From Gemmatimonadota bacterium (GTDB lineage Bacteria > Gemmatimonadota > Gemmatimonadetes > Palauibacterales > Palauibacteraceae): a stretch of 64,000 nt of DNA. The stretch lies in NCBI GenBank assembly GCA_039588275.1, contig JBDHAC010000027.1, forward strand, positions 1 through 64,000, in the 5' to 3' direction. Under the pieces are notes generated by a model. That model was given only the letters and a program-made list of their open reading frames with translations, searched no databases and was not told the origin of the DNA. The position numbers and the translations under genes are program-made. Numbering within the stretch: position 1 is the first letter of the stretch; each line of letters starts with the position of its first letter. Of the stretch, positions 46,726-57,898 are shown piece after piece.

Positions 46726-47027
46726 GAAGACTGGTGAAGGAGTACGGTGGACCGCGTTACGGACGCCACGGTCCCAGATCCAAGGCGAACCGGTGAAGGC
46801 ATAGCCGTAGCTACGTCGAGCCGGTTCAACGACGGAGGTGGGGCCGTGCCGCCGTAACCCGCCAGCACGCATGACCATGTCAGCCCACTTGAAGGGCGCA
46901 GGGGGGTCGCGCGGTTGATCCATCGTCTCTCCTCCTCGCCGTAGCGCTGCTACGCCTCGTCCTCGTTCCTTGCCTGAACCACGCGAGACCCCTGCGCGCG
47001 GCCCGCCGTACTCCTTCACCAGCCTTC
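46726..47027 (-). mobile_element. MITE/REPIN-like palindromic element, copy 2
   Basis: Inverted homolog of 18970-19272; TIR GAAG(G/A)CTGGTGAAGGAGTACGG; flanked by direct repeat TTCACGAG (46719-46726, 47025-47032). Confidence 0.85.
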
Positions 47028-47967
47028 ACGAGCCGCCTTCCAGCCCGACCGCGCGCGCGATCGCGGCTTCGAGAGCCTTCTCAGCCCGTAGGGCCAGCGA
47101 CGTGAGACCGAGATCGTCCTCCGGCCGCGGTCGTGTCGCGGTCGACAGCGCGAACACGATGTCCCCGTCGAACAGCGTCCCGGCAGGCGAGATGCGGCGC
47201 GAGAGCGCCGCAGCCGCGTGGCGGGCCACGATCTTGAGCTCGCGCTTCGTAAGCTCGGCATCGGTCGCCACGACACCGAGCGTCGTGTTCTCGACCGCCT
47301 CCGGTGCACGGAAACCCGCGTTCCCCTCTCCGCGCCGGAGCCTCATGGCCGTATCCACGAAGCTTCCGTCGGCGGCGCGGGCCCCCGCCACGATCTCCCC
47401 CCGCTCGTCCAGCACATCGCCGAACGCGTTCACGACGGCCAACGCGGCGACGGTAGGTTCGCCGACGTCCGCCCAGCTACCGAGCCCGGCGCCCTGCGCT
47501 CCTTCAGCACCTCGCAGCTTGCCGACCGTGGCGCCCGCACCGACGCCGTGCCGCCCTTCGCGGACCGGGTCTTCGGACGCCGCGGACGCCGCCTGGTATC
47601 CCATGGACGCATCGGGCCGCACGTCGGGGCGTCCCACGCCGAGGTCGTAGATCACCGCGGCCGGGACGATCGGTACAGTCGCGGCGCGAGTCCGGAACCC
47701 CTGGTCTCGCTCCTCCAGCCAGCGCATGACGCCGTCCGCCGCCCCCAGACCGAACGCCGATCCGCCCGTCAACAACAGACCGTCGCAACGGGGCACGAGG
47801 TGCAACGGCGACAGTGCGTCCAGCTCGCGGCTACCGGTCGCGAACCCGTGGACCTCGACCGCGCCGACGAACGGACCCAGCACCACCGTGCAGCCGGTGG
47901 CTGACTCGGGGTCGTCCGCGTGGCCGACGCGAAGACCGCTCACGGCGGTCAGCGTCAGGTTCTGCAT
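47026..47967 (-). CDS. P1/DmpA (S58) family peptidase
   Basis: GLRVGH, TGCTV, LTGGSAFGL, GAGAT.GK, NAFGD, ENTT. Confidence 0.9.
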   Translation of the reverse strand: MQNLTLTAVSGLRVGHADDPESATGCTVVLGPFVGAVEVHGFATGSRELDALSPLHLVPRCDGLLLTGGSAFGLGAADGVMRWLEERDQGFRTRAATVPIVPAAVIYDLGVGRPDVRPDASMGYQAASAASEDPVREGRHGVGAGATVGKLRGAEGAQGAGLGSWADVGEPTVAALAVVNAFGDVLDERGEIVAGARAADGSFVDTAMRLRRGEGNAGFRAPEAVENTTLGVVATDAELTKRELKIVARHAAAALSRRISPAGTLFDGDIVFALSTATRPRPEDDLGLTSLALRAEKALEAAIARAVGLEGGS

Positions 47968-47974
47968 CCCATTG

Positions 47975-48991
47975 TCAGGTGGTGAGCCACTCTGCGAACA
48001 GTGCCGGTTCGATGTTGCCGCCCGAGAGCACGGCGATTGTCGGGCCCGTTTCGGCCGGCTGCACGACGCCTCCGAGGAGGGCGGCAATCGTGGCTGCGCC
48101 GCTCGGCTCCACCACGAGCCGCTGACGGAAGAGCCACACGACCGCCTGGCGGATTTGCGCATCGGTCACGGTCACGACGCGCTCGACGAGATCGCTGCAA
48201 TGGGCGTAGGTGAGGTCGCCCGGCCGGACGGGCTTCAGCCCGTCGGCGATGGTCTCGACCCGCTCGAGCGTGACCGGGCCGCCCGCCTCGAGCGAACGCT
48301 TCATCGAGGGCGCTCCCTCGGGCTCGATGCCTATGACGCGGGTGCTGGCCCCCAACTCCCGCATCACGACCGAGACGCCCGAGATGAGCCCGCCGCCACC
48401 GATGGGAACGAGCACCAACGCGGGCTTCACATCCGCTCCGGACAGGTGGGTGGCAAGCTGCTCCAGGATCTCCAAACCGACGGTCCCCTGCCCCGCGATG
48501 ATGTCGGGGTGGTCGAACGGCGGCACCATCGTACCGCCCCGCTCGCGCTGGATCTCCTCCGCCCGCTCGCGCCGTTCCGAGGAGGTCGTCCCGACCTGCT
48601 CCACCTCCGCGCCCAGCCGACGGGTTCCGTCGAGCTTCACGCGCGGAGCGTCGACGGGCATCACGATGGTGGCCCGGGTCCCGAACGCACGGGCCGCGAA
48701 GGCGACGGCCTGCGCGTGGTTGCCCGATGAGTACGTGATGAGACCCACGTCCCGCGCCTCATCCGTGAGCCTGCTGACGAAATGGTAAGCGCCGCGGGCC
48801 TTGAACGCGGAGACGTGCTGCAGGTTTTCGCACTTCAGCCAGATCCGGTCCGTGGCGATCGAGTCGGACCGATCCGCGGAGGGCACCGCAACCGGAAGCA
48901 GAGGCGTGCGGCGAACGGTCCCGGCAATCCTCCCCGCGGCGGCCTGTACGGCCGTTGCCGAGACGAGCTCGAACTGCGCGCCGACGCTCAC
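47975..48991 (-). CDS. Threonine/serine dehydratase (PLP)
   Basis: LKCENLQ...AFKARGA, SSGNHAQ, PIGGGGL, EPSGA, SGGN. Confidence 0.92.
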   Translation of the reverse strand: MSVGAQFELVSATAVQAAAGRIAGTVRRTPLLPVAVPSADRSDSIATDRIWLKCENLQHVSAFKARGAYHFVSRLTDEARDVGLITYSSGNHAQAVAFAARAFGTRATIVMPVDAPRVKLDGTRRLGAEVEQVGTTSSERRERAEEIQRERGGTMVPPFDHPDIIAGQGTVGLEILEQLATHLSGADVKPALVLVPIGGGGLISGVSVVMRELGASTRVIGIEPEGAPSMKRSLEAGGPVTLERVETIADGLKPVRPGDLTYAHCSDLVERVVTVTDAQIRQAVVWLFRQRLVVEPSGAATIAALLGGVVQPAETGPTIAVLSGGNIEPALFAEWLTT

Positions 48992-49001
48992 CCGGGAGTC
49001 C

Positions 49002-51500
49002 TCAATCCACCTCCCCGGTCGCGGACTCCGCCCCGATGCCCTCGGGATCTTCACCATCGGGCACCATCTCCCCGCCGTTGATCACCCGAGCCACGTCGAC
49101 CAGCTCATCACCCTCGTCCAGGTTGATGAGGCGAACGCCCTGAGTGTTCCGACCGATCACCCGAATCTCCCGGGTGGGCTGACGGTTGATGACGCCGTTT
49201 CGCGTCACGAGCATCAGCTCGTCTTCGTCGGTGACCTCCTTGACCGCGACCACGCGACCGGTCTTCTCGACCGTTTTGATGTTGATCAGCCCCTGCCCGC
49301 CGCGTCGCTGGGAGCGGTAGTCGTCGATCTTGCTTCGTTTCCCCATCCCCCGATCTGTGACCGTGAGGAGCGTCGCATCCCGCTGGACGACGACCATTCC
49401 GATCACCTCGTCGCCTGCCACGAGCTTGATGCCGCGGACCCCCTGCGTGGCGCGACCCATCTGGCGGACGTCTTCCTCATCGAAGCGAATCGCCTTCCCA
49501 CCCCGAGTGCCGAGGAATACGGTGTTCGACCCGTCGGTGAGCTGGACATCGATGAGGCGGTCACCCTCCACGACGTTGATCGCGATGATCCCCGTAGAAC
49601 GGACGTTCGCGTATTCGGCCAGGCTCGTCTTCTTCACGAGCCCGTTGCGCGTGGCGAAGATGAGGTGCCGGTCTTCGCTGAACTCGCGTACGCGCACGAT
49701 CGACGCGATTTCCTCGTCCTTGTCGATCCTGAGCAGGTTCACGATCGGCTTGCCACGCGCGGTACGGCCCGCTGGCGGGATCTGATGCACCTTGAGCCAG
49801 TAGCACTGCCCCGACACCGTGAAGATCATCAGGTAATCGTGCGTCGAGGCGAGGAACACGCCCTCGACCCAGTCTTCCTCCTTCGTGCTCATGCCCGCGA
49901 TCCCCCTCCCACCGCGCCGCTGTTGTCGATACACGTCGGGGGGCACGCGCTTCACGTATCCGACATGGCTCACCGTGATCACCATGTCCTCTTCGGCGAT
50001 CAAGTCCTCCTCGGTGAAGTCGGCGGCGAAGCCGAGGATCTCGGTGCGCCGGTCGTCTCCGTATTTCTCCGCCAGATCGCGGAGCTCGTCGCGCACGATC
50101 GTCATGCGCCGTTTGCGCGAGCGGAGGATCGCCTTCAGCTCGGTGACCCTGGCGCGCACCTCTTCCAGCTCGGCCTCCAGCTCCTCGATCGCCAGACCGG
50201 TCAGTCGGGCCAGACGCATGTTGAGGATCGCCTCGGTCTGCCGCTCGCTCAGCTTGAACCGCTTCCGCAGCTGCTTCTCGGCCGCGTCCCGGTCACGAGC
50301 CTTACGGATGATCTGGATGACCTCGTCGATGTTGTCGACCGCGATCTCGAGCCCCTCCAGCACGTGCTCGCGGTCTTCAGCGGCGGTCAGCTCGAACTTG
50401 CTGCGGCGCTCTACTACCTCGTGTCGGTGCTCGAGGAAGTGTTCCAGCATCTCCCGGAGCGGCATCACCCTGGGGACCCCGCCCACGAGGGCCAGCATGA
50501 TGACCCCGAAGGTCGACTGCATCTGGGTGTGCTTGTAGAGCTGGTTCAGGACGATCTGCGGGATGGCATCGCGCTTCAGCTCGATCACGAGGCGGATCCC
50601 GTCGCGGTCCGATTCGTCACGCAGGTCCGAGATGTCCTCGATCCGCTTGTCACGGACGAGCTGCGCGATCTGCTCGATGAGGCGCGTCTTGTTGACCATG
50701 AAGGGGATCTCGGTGACGACGATCTGCTCGCCTCCACGAGCCCGTTCTTCGATATGCGCACGGGCGCGCATGGCGATTCGGCCACGCCCTTCTCGGTACG
50801 CCTCCAGGACTCCCTGGCGTCCGAAGATGAACCCCCCAGTCGGGAAGTCTGGGCCCTCCACACACTCCAGGATCTCGTCCAACTCCGCCTTGGGCTTCTC
50901 GATCAGGAGCTCACACGCGGCGACGATCTCGCGCAGGTTGTGGGGCGGGATATTGGTGGCCATCCCGACCGCGATGCCCGACGACCCATTGACCAGGAGG
51001 TTCGGCATGCGCCCCGGGAGGACCGAGGGCTCCTTGAGTCGGTCGTCGAAATTCGGGGTGAAATCGACCGTCTCCTTGTCGATGTCGGTCAGCATCTCGA
51101 GGGCGATCGAGGCGAGGCGTGACTCGGTGTATCGGTACGCCGCCGCGCTGTCCCCGTCGATCGATCCGAAGTTGCCCTGACCGTCGACGAGGGGGTAACG
51201 AAGCGAGAAGTCCTGGACCATGCGGACGAGCGAGTCGTACACCGCGCCGTCGCCGTGCGGGTGGTACTTGCCCAGCACGTCTCCCACGACCGTCGCGCTC
51301 TTCTTGTAAGGGCGGGTCGGCGTGAGTCCGGCCTCATGCATCGCGTACAGGATGCGACGGTGCACGGGCTTCAGACCGTCGCGGACGTCCGGCAGTGCTC
51401 TCTGTACGATGACGCTCATCGAGTAGTCGATGAACGAGTCGCGCATCTCGTCTTCGAGCAGACGCGGCTGGATGCGGTCTACGGTCTCGGAGGTCTCCAT
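49002..51500 (-). CDS. gyrA: DNA gyrase subunit A
   Basis: [30 protein letters not shown], GyrA-box QRRGGRG. Confidence 0.97.
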   Translation of the reverse strand: METSETVDRIQPRLLEDEMRDSFIDYSMSVIVQRALPDVRDGLKPVHRRILYAMHEAGLTPTRPYKKSATVVGDVLGKYHPHGDGAVYDSLVRMVQDFSLRYPLVDGQGNFGSIDGDSAAAYRYTESRLASIALEMLTDIDKETVDFTPNFDDRLKEPSVLPGRMPNLLVNGSSGIAVGMATNIPPHNLREIVAACELLIEKPKAELDEILECVEGPDFPTGGFIFGRQGVLEAYREGRGRIAMRARAHIEERARGGEQIVVTEIPFMVNKTRLIEQIAQLVRDKRIEDISDLRDESDRDGIRLVIELKRDAIPQIVLNQLYKHTQMQSTFGVIMLALVGGVPRVMPLREMLEHFLEHRHEVVERRSKFELTAAEDREHVLEGLEIAVDNIDEVIQIIRKARDRDAAEKQLRKRFKLSERQTEAILNMRLARLTGLAIEELEAELEEVRARVTELKAILRSRKRRMTIVRDELRDLAEKYGDDRRTEILGFAADFTEEDLIAEEDMVITVSHVGYVKRVPPDVYRQQRRGGRGIAGMSTKEEDWVEGVFLASTHDYLMIFTVSGQCYWLKVHQIPPAGRTARGKPIVNLLRIDKDEEIASIVRVREFSEDRHLIFATRNGLVKKTSLAEYANVRSTGIIAINVVEGDRLIDVQLTDGSNTVFLGTRGGKAIRFDEEDVRQMGRATQGVRGIKLVAGDEVIGMVVVQRDATLLTVTDRGMGKRSKIDDYRSQRRGGQGLINIKTVEKTGRVVAVKEVTDEDELMLVTRNGVINRQPTREIRVIGRNTQGVRLINLDEGDELVDVARVINGGEMVPDGEDPEGIGAESATGEVD

Positions 51501-51688
51501 GGACTCCTTTCCAGGCTTCGTTCGGCGTTGTCGTTCGGGCGATGAAGAGGATCCCGGGATCCCACGTGACGGGCTCCTGAAGGTGCTTCTCGGGCGGGCA
51601 GACCCGGCCCTGCTCACATGCGCGCAAGCCCGGGACCTGCCGGGAATAATCTACCGTCCCGGGGGATCGGACGCGACTCCGAATGTGA

Positions 51689-52720
51689 TCAGGCGACGGC
51701 CCTGTATCGCTCCGTCTCACGTAGTCCCATCGCGTCCAACGCGTCCCGGATTTGCGCCCTCGCTCCCGGTGAGCCAACCGCGACGAGCACGTATGTCGCC
51801 GGGGATAACCTGTCCGTCAACTCACCCGGGTCCAGCACGGGCGCACCGTGGATGACCTGGCCGATCTTGCGCGGATCCAGGTCCACAAAGGCTTCGATCG
51901 GGGGCGCTCCCTCCTGCTCCGCGAAACGGCGTGCAAAACCCTTCCCGACGCGACCTGCACCCCAGATCACGATCTCGCGCCCCGGTGGCAGAAAAGCACG
52001 CACGAGGTAGTGCGCCTTGCAGCGCTGGAAAGCGGACGTGGCGTAGCGCTCGGACGTGACCGAGAGCCGGCGGGAGTGGACCCTCCAGTCCAACAGCGGG
52101 CGGTCTACGTTCGCCAACTGGAGGCCTGCCGCATGCAGACGCAGGACCAGGTCGTAGTCCTCCGGCCACTCCACGGCTCGGTAACCTCCTATGGCGTCGA
52201 ACGCTCCGCGCCTGAGGACGAGCGTCGGGTGCGCGATCGGGCACTCCACGAACAGGTCGCGCGCGACATCCGCAGGCTCGGTGAGCCCGTTGAGCCATCG
52301 CTCGTACCTGCGGTAGCCGCTCCCGAGCGCCGAGCGGGGGAAGAAGCGGATTCCGGTGCCACAGCCGGCCAGCCCGGGGCGCGACTCGAGGAGCGCGAGC
52401 TGTGCCGCCAACCGCTCCGGGTGAGCCACGTCGTCGGCGTCCATCCTCGCCAGAAAGTGCCCGTGCGCGACCTCCACCGCGCGCCGCAGTGCGTCGACGA
52501 TCCCGAGACCGGCCCCGTCGATGACGCGGACGCGCCCATCCCGCCCGGCCCAGGCGTGCAGGCGAGCCGGGGTCTCATCGCGAGAGCCGTCCTCCACCGC
52601 GAGCAGCTCGAAGCTGGGCTCGGTCTGCGCGAGGAGGCTCTCTACACACGGATCCACGAATTCTTCGGCGTCCCGACACGGGAGGAGAATCGAGATTCGC
52701 GGTGCGGTCGATGAGCTCAC
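51689..52720 (-). CDS. Glycosyltransferase family 2
   Basis: SILLP, EDGSRD, ARMDADD, EDYDL, C-terminal IWGAG Rossmann-like domain. Confidence 0.9.
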   Translation of the reverse strand: MSSSTAPRISILLPCRDAEEFVDPCVESLLAQTEPSFELLAVEDGSRDETPARLHAWAGRDGRVRVIDGAGLGIVDALRRAVEVAHGHFLARMDADDVAHPERLAAQLALLESRPGLAGCGTGIRFFPRSALGSGYRRYERWLNGLTEPADVARDLFVECPIAHPTLVLRRGAFDAIGGYRAVEWPEDYDLVLRLHAAGLQLANVDRPLLDWRVHSRRLSVTSERYATSAFQRCKAHYLVRAFLPPGREIVIWGAGRVGKGFARRFAEQEGAPPIEAFVDLDPRKIGQVIHGAPVLDPGELTDRLSPATYVLVAVGSPGARAQIRDALDAMGLRETERYRAVA

Positions 52721-52723
52721 CGC

Positions 52724-55654
52724 TCAACGGGACGCCGAGGGGGCGTCAGCTTCTGGGGCGGCCGTCGAGGGGTGTCGTCTGAGGTATGCCCCGGTTCGCG
52801 ACTCCGAGGCAGCGCGGATGCGGGATGGTGGGCCGGCCGCCACCACGAGACCGCCCTCCTCGGCAGCTCCCGGTCCCAGGTCCACGATCCAGTCGGCTCC
52901 AGCGATCACGTCGAGGTTGTGCTCGATCACGATGACGGTGTGGTGCTCGGCGACCAGCTGCCTCAACACGGAGCAAAGCGTCGCGACTTCGCCCACCCCC
53001 AGCCCGACCGTGGGCTCGTCGAGGATGTAGACTCGGCGCCCGGCACGGCGGGGGCGGGCGAGCTCACGCGCGATCTTGAGCCGCTGCGCCTCGCCCCCGG
53101 ACAGGGTCGTGGCGGGCTGGCCCAGGCGCAGGTACCCGAGTCCCACTCGCTGGAGCTGCCACAGGGTCTCGCCGAGGCGGTCCTGGCGAATGAAGAAACG
53201 GATCGCCTCGTCGACCGTGAGATCCAGAACGTCCCGGATGTTGCGTCCGCGGTATTCGATCTCGAGCACATCGTCGCGAAACCGCGCGCCGCCGCAGGCC
53301 TCGCACGGGACCGCGACGTCGGCCAGGAACACCATCTCGACGATCTCCTCGCCCGCCCCCTTGCAAACCTCGCACCGTCCTCCTGCCCGATTGAAGCTGA
53401 AGTACCCCGGGCCGTAGCCACGCTTCCGGGCCTCGCGCTGGGCAGCGAACACCCGGCGGATCTCACCGAAAGCCCTGATGTAGGTGGCCGGGTTCGAGCG
53501 TGAGGTACGCCCGATCGGCTGTTGGTCCACGAGCACCACCGCCTCGACGGCCGAGGTCCCTTCCAGCCGCTCGTAGGTGCCCTCCGCCTCGCCCAGGTGA
53601 GCCTTGGCGCTCGCCCGGCCACCGAGTGCCCGTTCGAGCCCGTGATACAGCACGTGGCGGATCAAAGTCGACTTCCCGGATCCGGATACTCCCGAAACGA
53701 CGATCAGGGCGCCAAGGGGGAGATCCACGTCGACTCCGCGCAGGTTGTGCAGCCTCGCGCCATTCAGCTGAAGCCACCCGTCTTCACCCACCTGCCGACG
53801 CGAGCCGGATGGCGCCTCGAACCGGCTGTGGGCTCGCTCCGCCAACGCGCGCCCGGTGCTCGTGTCGGCCCGCACAAGCTCGGGCCAGCACCCCTCGAAC
53901 ACGACTTCCCCGCCTCGCTCGCCAGCCCCCGGCCCGAGCTCGACGATGCGATCCGCCCGTTCCAGGACGGCGGGCTCGTGCTCGACGACCAACACGGTAT
54001 TCCCCCGGCCACCGAGCCGCTCCAGCACGCTGACGAAGCGCTCGATGTCGTACGCGTGCAGTCCTATGGTGGGCTCGTCCAGAACGTAGAGCGTGTCGAC
54101 CAACTGGCTGCCCAGGCAGCTCGCGAGCCGGATCCGCTGCATCTCGCCACCCGACAGCGAACGCGCCTGGCGGTCGAGCGTCAGGTACCCGAGTCCAACG
54201 TCATCCAGGAACTGGAGTCGGTCCGCGATCTCACGGTGGATCGTCTTCGCCACCTTGCGCTCGAACGTCGTCAACTCGACCTCCTGGAGCCACGCCAGGA
54301 GTGCCGAGATCTCGAGCCCGGCGGCGGCGGCGATGGTCAGCTCGCCGACCCGGACGTTCAGCGCCTCGGGCTTGAGACGGGTGCCCGAGCACCGCGAGCA
54401 CGGGCGAGGGAGCTGGTACTGCCGCAGGAACATCCGGATGTAGGGCTTGTACCGCTTGCGCTCCTTCGAGCGGAGGAACGGAATCGCCCCCCTGAAGCCA
54501 TCACCGCCTTCGAGGAGCTGCGCCCGTGCCCGCTCGGGGAGGTCTCGCCAGGGAGCGTCCATGTCGATCCCGGCGTCATCCGCGAAGCGTCGCAGCGTGG
54601 CTCGCTCGCGGCGGTACCGGGGCTTGCCCCACGGATCGATCGCCCCCTCGGTCAGGGAGCGAGAGGCATCGGGCACGATGAGCTCGGGGGCATACTCCAG
54701 GGTCGCACCGAAGCCGGTACATTCCGGGCACGCGCCGGCCGGGCTGTTAAAGCTGAACAGGACGGGGCGAGGCTCCGGAAAGTCGCGTCCGCACTCGGTG
54801 CACCGGAACGCTTCGGTGAACGCGTATCGCTCCGCGACGCGAGGATCGGACTCGCCTTCCGGCAACCGCAACACGACCGCGTGGCCGCCTCCCTCGGCGA
54901 ACGCGGCCGCCAGTGAGTCGGTCAACCGCTCGCGGTCCTCCGGCTCGACCCGCGTGCGGTCCACCACCACCAGAAGATCGCGTGTCTTCGGGAGGTCGAG
55001 CCTGGTCCCTCCACGTGACTCGTCTTCCGTTGCTCCCTCTGCGTTCGGCGCAGCCATGTCGGCGTCTGCGGCACCCTCTTCCGCCAGATCGGGCAGATAC
55101 AGCTCCGCACCGTCGGCCAGGACCCGCAGATACCCCTGCGCTTGCAGGTTGGAGACGGCGAGCGTGTGGGTGATCTCGGCGCTGAAACGAAACGGGAACG
55201 CCACGTAGATCCGGGTCCCCTCATCCCACGCCAGGACCCGGTCCGCCGCGGTCTGAACGGTGTCGGGAACGACGTGTCGCTGGCACTCCGGACACACCGT
55301 ACGGCCCACGCGAGCCCACAGGAGTCGCAGGTAGTCGTACACCTCGGTCACGGTGCCGACCGTCGAGCGGCTCGACTTGACGGTGTTCCGTTGGTCGATC
55401 GACACCGCGGGGCTGACGCCTTCGATCCGATCCACGGCGGGTTTCGGCATCCGCTCGAGAAACTGCTTCGCGTACGTCGACAGCGACTCGACATAGCGCC
55501 TCTGCCCCTCGGCGTAGATCGTATCGAAGGCGAGCGTGGACTTGCCGGATCCGGACGGACCCGTCACCACGGTGAGCGCGCGGTGTGGCAGGTCGAGATC
55601 GACGCCCTTGAGGTTGTGCTGTCGCGCACCGCGCACCCGGATGACGTTGGCCAT
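52724..55654 (-). CDS. uvrA: Excinuclease ABC subunit A
   Basis: GARQHNLK, GPSGSGKS, AEGQRRYVESLS, zinc fingers, two LSGGE motifs. Confidence 0.95.
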   Translation of the reverse strand: MANVIRVRGARQHNLKGVDLDLPHRALTVVTGPSGSGKSTLAFDTIYAEGQRRYVESLSTYAKQFLERMPKPAVDRIEGVSPAVSIDQRNTVKSSRSTVGTVTEVYDYLRLLWARVGRTVCPECQRHVVPDTVQTAADRVLAWDEGTRIYVAFPFRFSAEITHTLAVSNLQAQGYLRVLADGAELYLPDLAEEGAADADMAAPNAEGATEDESRGGTRLDLPKTRDLLVVVDRTRVEPEDRERLTDSLAAAFAEGGGHAVVLRLPEGESDPRVAERYAFTEAFRCTECGRDFPEPRPVLFSFNSPAGACPECTGFGATLEYAPELIVPDASRSLTEGAIDPWGKPRYRRERATLRRFADDAGIDMDAPWRDLPERARAQLLEGGDGFRGAIPFLRSKERKRYKPYIRMFLRQYQLPRPCSRCSGTRLKPEALNVRVGELTIAAAAGLEISALLAWLQEVELTTFERKVAKTIHREIADRLQFLDDVGLGYLTLDRQARSLSGGEMQRIRLASCLGSQLVDTLYVLDEPTIGLHAYDIERFVSVLERLGGRGNTVLVVEHEPAVLERADRIVELGPGAGERGGEVVFEGCWPELVRADTSTGRALAERAHSRFEAPSGSRRQVGEDGWLQLNGARLHNLRGVDVDLPLGALIVVSGVSGSGKSTLIRHVLYHGLERALGGRASAKAHLGEAEGTYERLEGTSAVEAVVLVDQQPIGRTSRSNPATYIRAFGEIRRVFAAQREARKRGYGPGYFSFNRAGGRCEVCKGAGEEIVEMVFLADVAVPCEACGGARFRDDVLEIEYRGRNIRDVLDLTVDEAIRFFIRQDRLGETLWQLQRVGLGYLRLGQPATTLSGGEAQRLKIARELARPRRAGRRVYILDEPTVGLGVGEVATLCSVLRQLVAEHHTVIVIEHNLDVIAGADWIVDLGPGAAEEGGLVVAAGPPSRIRAASESRTGAYLRRHPSTAAPEADAPSASR

Positions 55655-55820
55655 TCCGGATGATGGCCGAAGGGCGCTGACGGCGCCAACCTCCCGGCCA
55701 GTGGAAGCTGGCGCGGACGCCGACTATCTTCCGCCGAATCCGTCCGGGGATGCCGAATTCCGAAAAGCGCTCGGAAGAAAGGCGCTCGGCATCTGCGGCA
55801 CCGACGACCGGCCTGGCTGA

Positions 55821-57665
55821 ATGCAGACGAGCCCGCAAGGACCGATTCGCGAAGAAGAGGCGCTCGGGAAGGCGTACGACGCACGGTTGATGCGTCGGCT
55901 GCTCGCCTATCTGCGCCCATATCGACCGCGGGTCGCGCTCGCCGTGGTGATGCTGATCCTCGCCTCGGGACTGGCTTTGGTGGGGCCATGGCTGACGAAA
56001 GAGGCGATCGACGGGGCGATCCCCGCAGGGGATTATCGCGCCCTGGCCCTGCTCGGCTCGCTCCTGGTCGCGTCGCTCGCCTTCGCCGGACTCCTCGAGT
56101 ACGGGCGCACGATCCTCACTACCTGGATCGGGCAGAACGTGATGCTCGATCTGCGGGCGGAGATCTTCGCGAAGCTACAGCGCCTCAGTCTGTCTTACTT
56201 CGATCGGCACCCGGTGGGGAGGCTGATGACGCGCCTCACGAGCGACGTCGAGGTGCTGAACGAGATGTTCACGTCGGGCGTCGTGACGATCTTCGGGGAT
56301 GTGTTCACGGTGGCGTTCATCATGGCGGCGATGCTGGCCATGGATGTGCAGCTCGCACTCGTCACGTTCGCCGTGTTGCCGCTCGTATTCGCGGCGGGGT
56401 GGACCTTCCGGCGGAAGGTGAGGGAGGCCTACCGGGACATCCGGGTACGGCTGGCGAGGATCAACTCGTTCCTCCAGGAACGGATCAGCGGCGTCGGCGT
56501 CGTGCAGCTCTTCGGTCAGGAGCGCGCGACGCAAGACCGCTTCGAGGAGATCAACGACGACCATCTCCAGGCGCACCTGCGATCGATCACCTACTACGCG
56601 CTCTTCTTTCCGGTGGTGGAGCTCCTCGCCGCCGTCGCGCTGGCACTCATCATATGGTACGGCGGAAACGAGGCGCTGCGAGGCTCGCTCACGATCGGCG
56701 TGATCGCGGCCTTCCTTCAATACGCCAGACGGTTCTTCAGGCCGATCCAGGATTTGTCGGAGAAATACAACATCCTCCAGGGTGCGATGGCGAGCTCGGA
56801 GCGAATATTCCGGCTGCTGGACGAGATCCCGGAGATCGCCGATCCCACCCGCCCCGCGAGCCGGCCGGCGTCGGTTCGAGGCCGGATCTCGTTCGAGGAT
56901 GTGTGGTTCCGATACGGTTCACCGTCGGCCGAGGCCCCGGATGAAGAGGCCGAGACCCAACCCGGGGACGTGTGGGTCCTCAAGGGGATCGACTTCACCG
57001 TGGAACCCGGACAACGTGTGGCTCTCGTGGGTGCGACGGGAGCCGGCAAAACGACCATCTTCAGCCTGCTGATGAGGTTCTACGAGCCCCAGCGAGGACG
57101 GATAACCCTCGACGGAGTGGACATCCGCGAGATCCCCAGACAGGAACTGCGGAGGTGCATGGGACTCGTGTTGCAGGACGTCTATCTCTTCTCGGGCTCG
57201 GCTGGCAGGAACATCACGTTCAGCCGCGAGCAGATCACGGACGCTCGGATGCGGGAGGCCGCAGCGCGGGTCGGGGTCGCCAAGTACGTGGAGCGGCTCC
57301 CGGCGGGCTACGAGCAACCGCTGGGGGAGCGAGGCAGCAACCTGAGCGTGGGGGAGCGTCAGCTTCTGTCGTTTGCGCGCGCCCTCGCCGGAGATCCGCG
57401 GATCCTGCTACTGGATGAGGCCACCAGCTCGGTGGACTCCGAGATCGAAGCGCAGATACAGATCGCGCTTGAAGAGCTCATGCTGGGTCGCACGAGTCTC
57501 GTGATCGCGCACCGGCTCTCCACCATTCAGGGAGCGGACCGGATCCTCCTCCTGCACCACGGGGAGATCATGGAATCCGGGACGCACGCCGAGCTGCTGG
57601 AGCGCGGGGGGCTGTACGCGCAGCTGCACCGGCTACAGTTCGAGCGTCCGACGGCTGCGGCGTGA
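55821..57665 (+). CDS. ABC exporter, fused permease/ATPase (MdlB-like)
   Basis: TM domain plus GATGAGKT, LSVGERQ, LLDEAT. Confidence 0.92.
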   Translation: MQTSPQGPIREEEALGKAYDARLMRRLLAYLRPYRPRVALAVVMLILASGLALVGPWLTKEAIDGAIPAGDYRALALLGSLLVASLAFAGLLEYGRTILTTWIGQNVMLDLRAEIFAKLQRLSLSYFDRHPVGRLMTRLTSDVEVLNEMFTSGVVTIFGDVFTVAFIMAAMLAMDVQLALVTFAVLPLVFAAGWTFRRKVREAYRDIRVRLARINSFLQERISGVGVVQLFGQERATQDRFEEINDDHLQAHLRSITYYALFFPVVELLAAVALALIIWYGGNEALRGSLTIGVIAAFLQYARRFFRPIQDLSEKYNILQGAMASSERIFRLLDEIPEIADPTRPASRPASVRGRISFEDVWFRYGSPSAEAPDEEAETQPGDVWVLKGIDFTVEPGQRVALVGATGAGKTTIFSLLMRFYEPQRGRITLDGVDIREIPRQELRRCMGLVLQDVYLFSGSAGRNITFSREQITDARMREAAARVGVAKYVERLPAGYEQPLGERGSNLSVGERQLLSFARALAGDPRILLLDEATSSVDSEIEAQIQIALEELMLGRTSLVIAHRLSTIQGADRILLLHHGEIMESGTHAELLERGGLYAQLHRLQFERPTAAA

Positions 57666-57883
57666 CCGAACTGGTCGAGGTCGCCGCGAGGATCGACCTT
57701 CGCTGGGTGCTGGCGGCCCTGCTGGGAGCGCTGGATGTTTGGTCGATCTCGCTCGTGCTGCTGTCGGCGGCGGCGCGGCGGGAGAAGGTCCTGTGGACCA
57801 GCGTGATCCTGCTATGCCCGATCGTCGGCTGCCTCTTCTGGTTCGTGCTCGGACCCAAGCCGGCGCGCTCCGCGCAGCGCTGA
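57662..57883 (+). CDS. Small two-TM protein (PLDc_N-like)
   Basis: LDVWSI..V.....KVLW..VIL..PIVG...WF..G pattern. Confidence 0.7.
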   Translation: MTELVEVAARIDLRWVLAALLGALDVWSISLVLLSAAARREKVLWTSVILLCPIVGCLFWFVLGPKPARSAQR

Positions 57884-57898
57884 CCGGTCTATCCTCCT

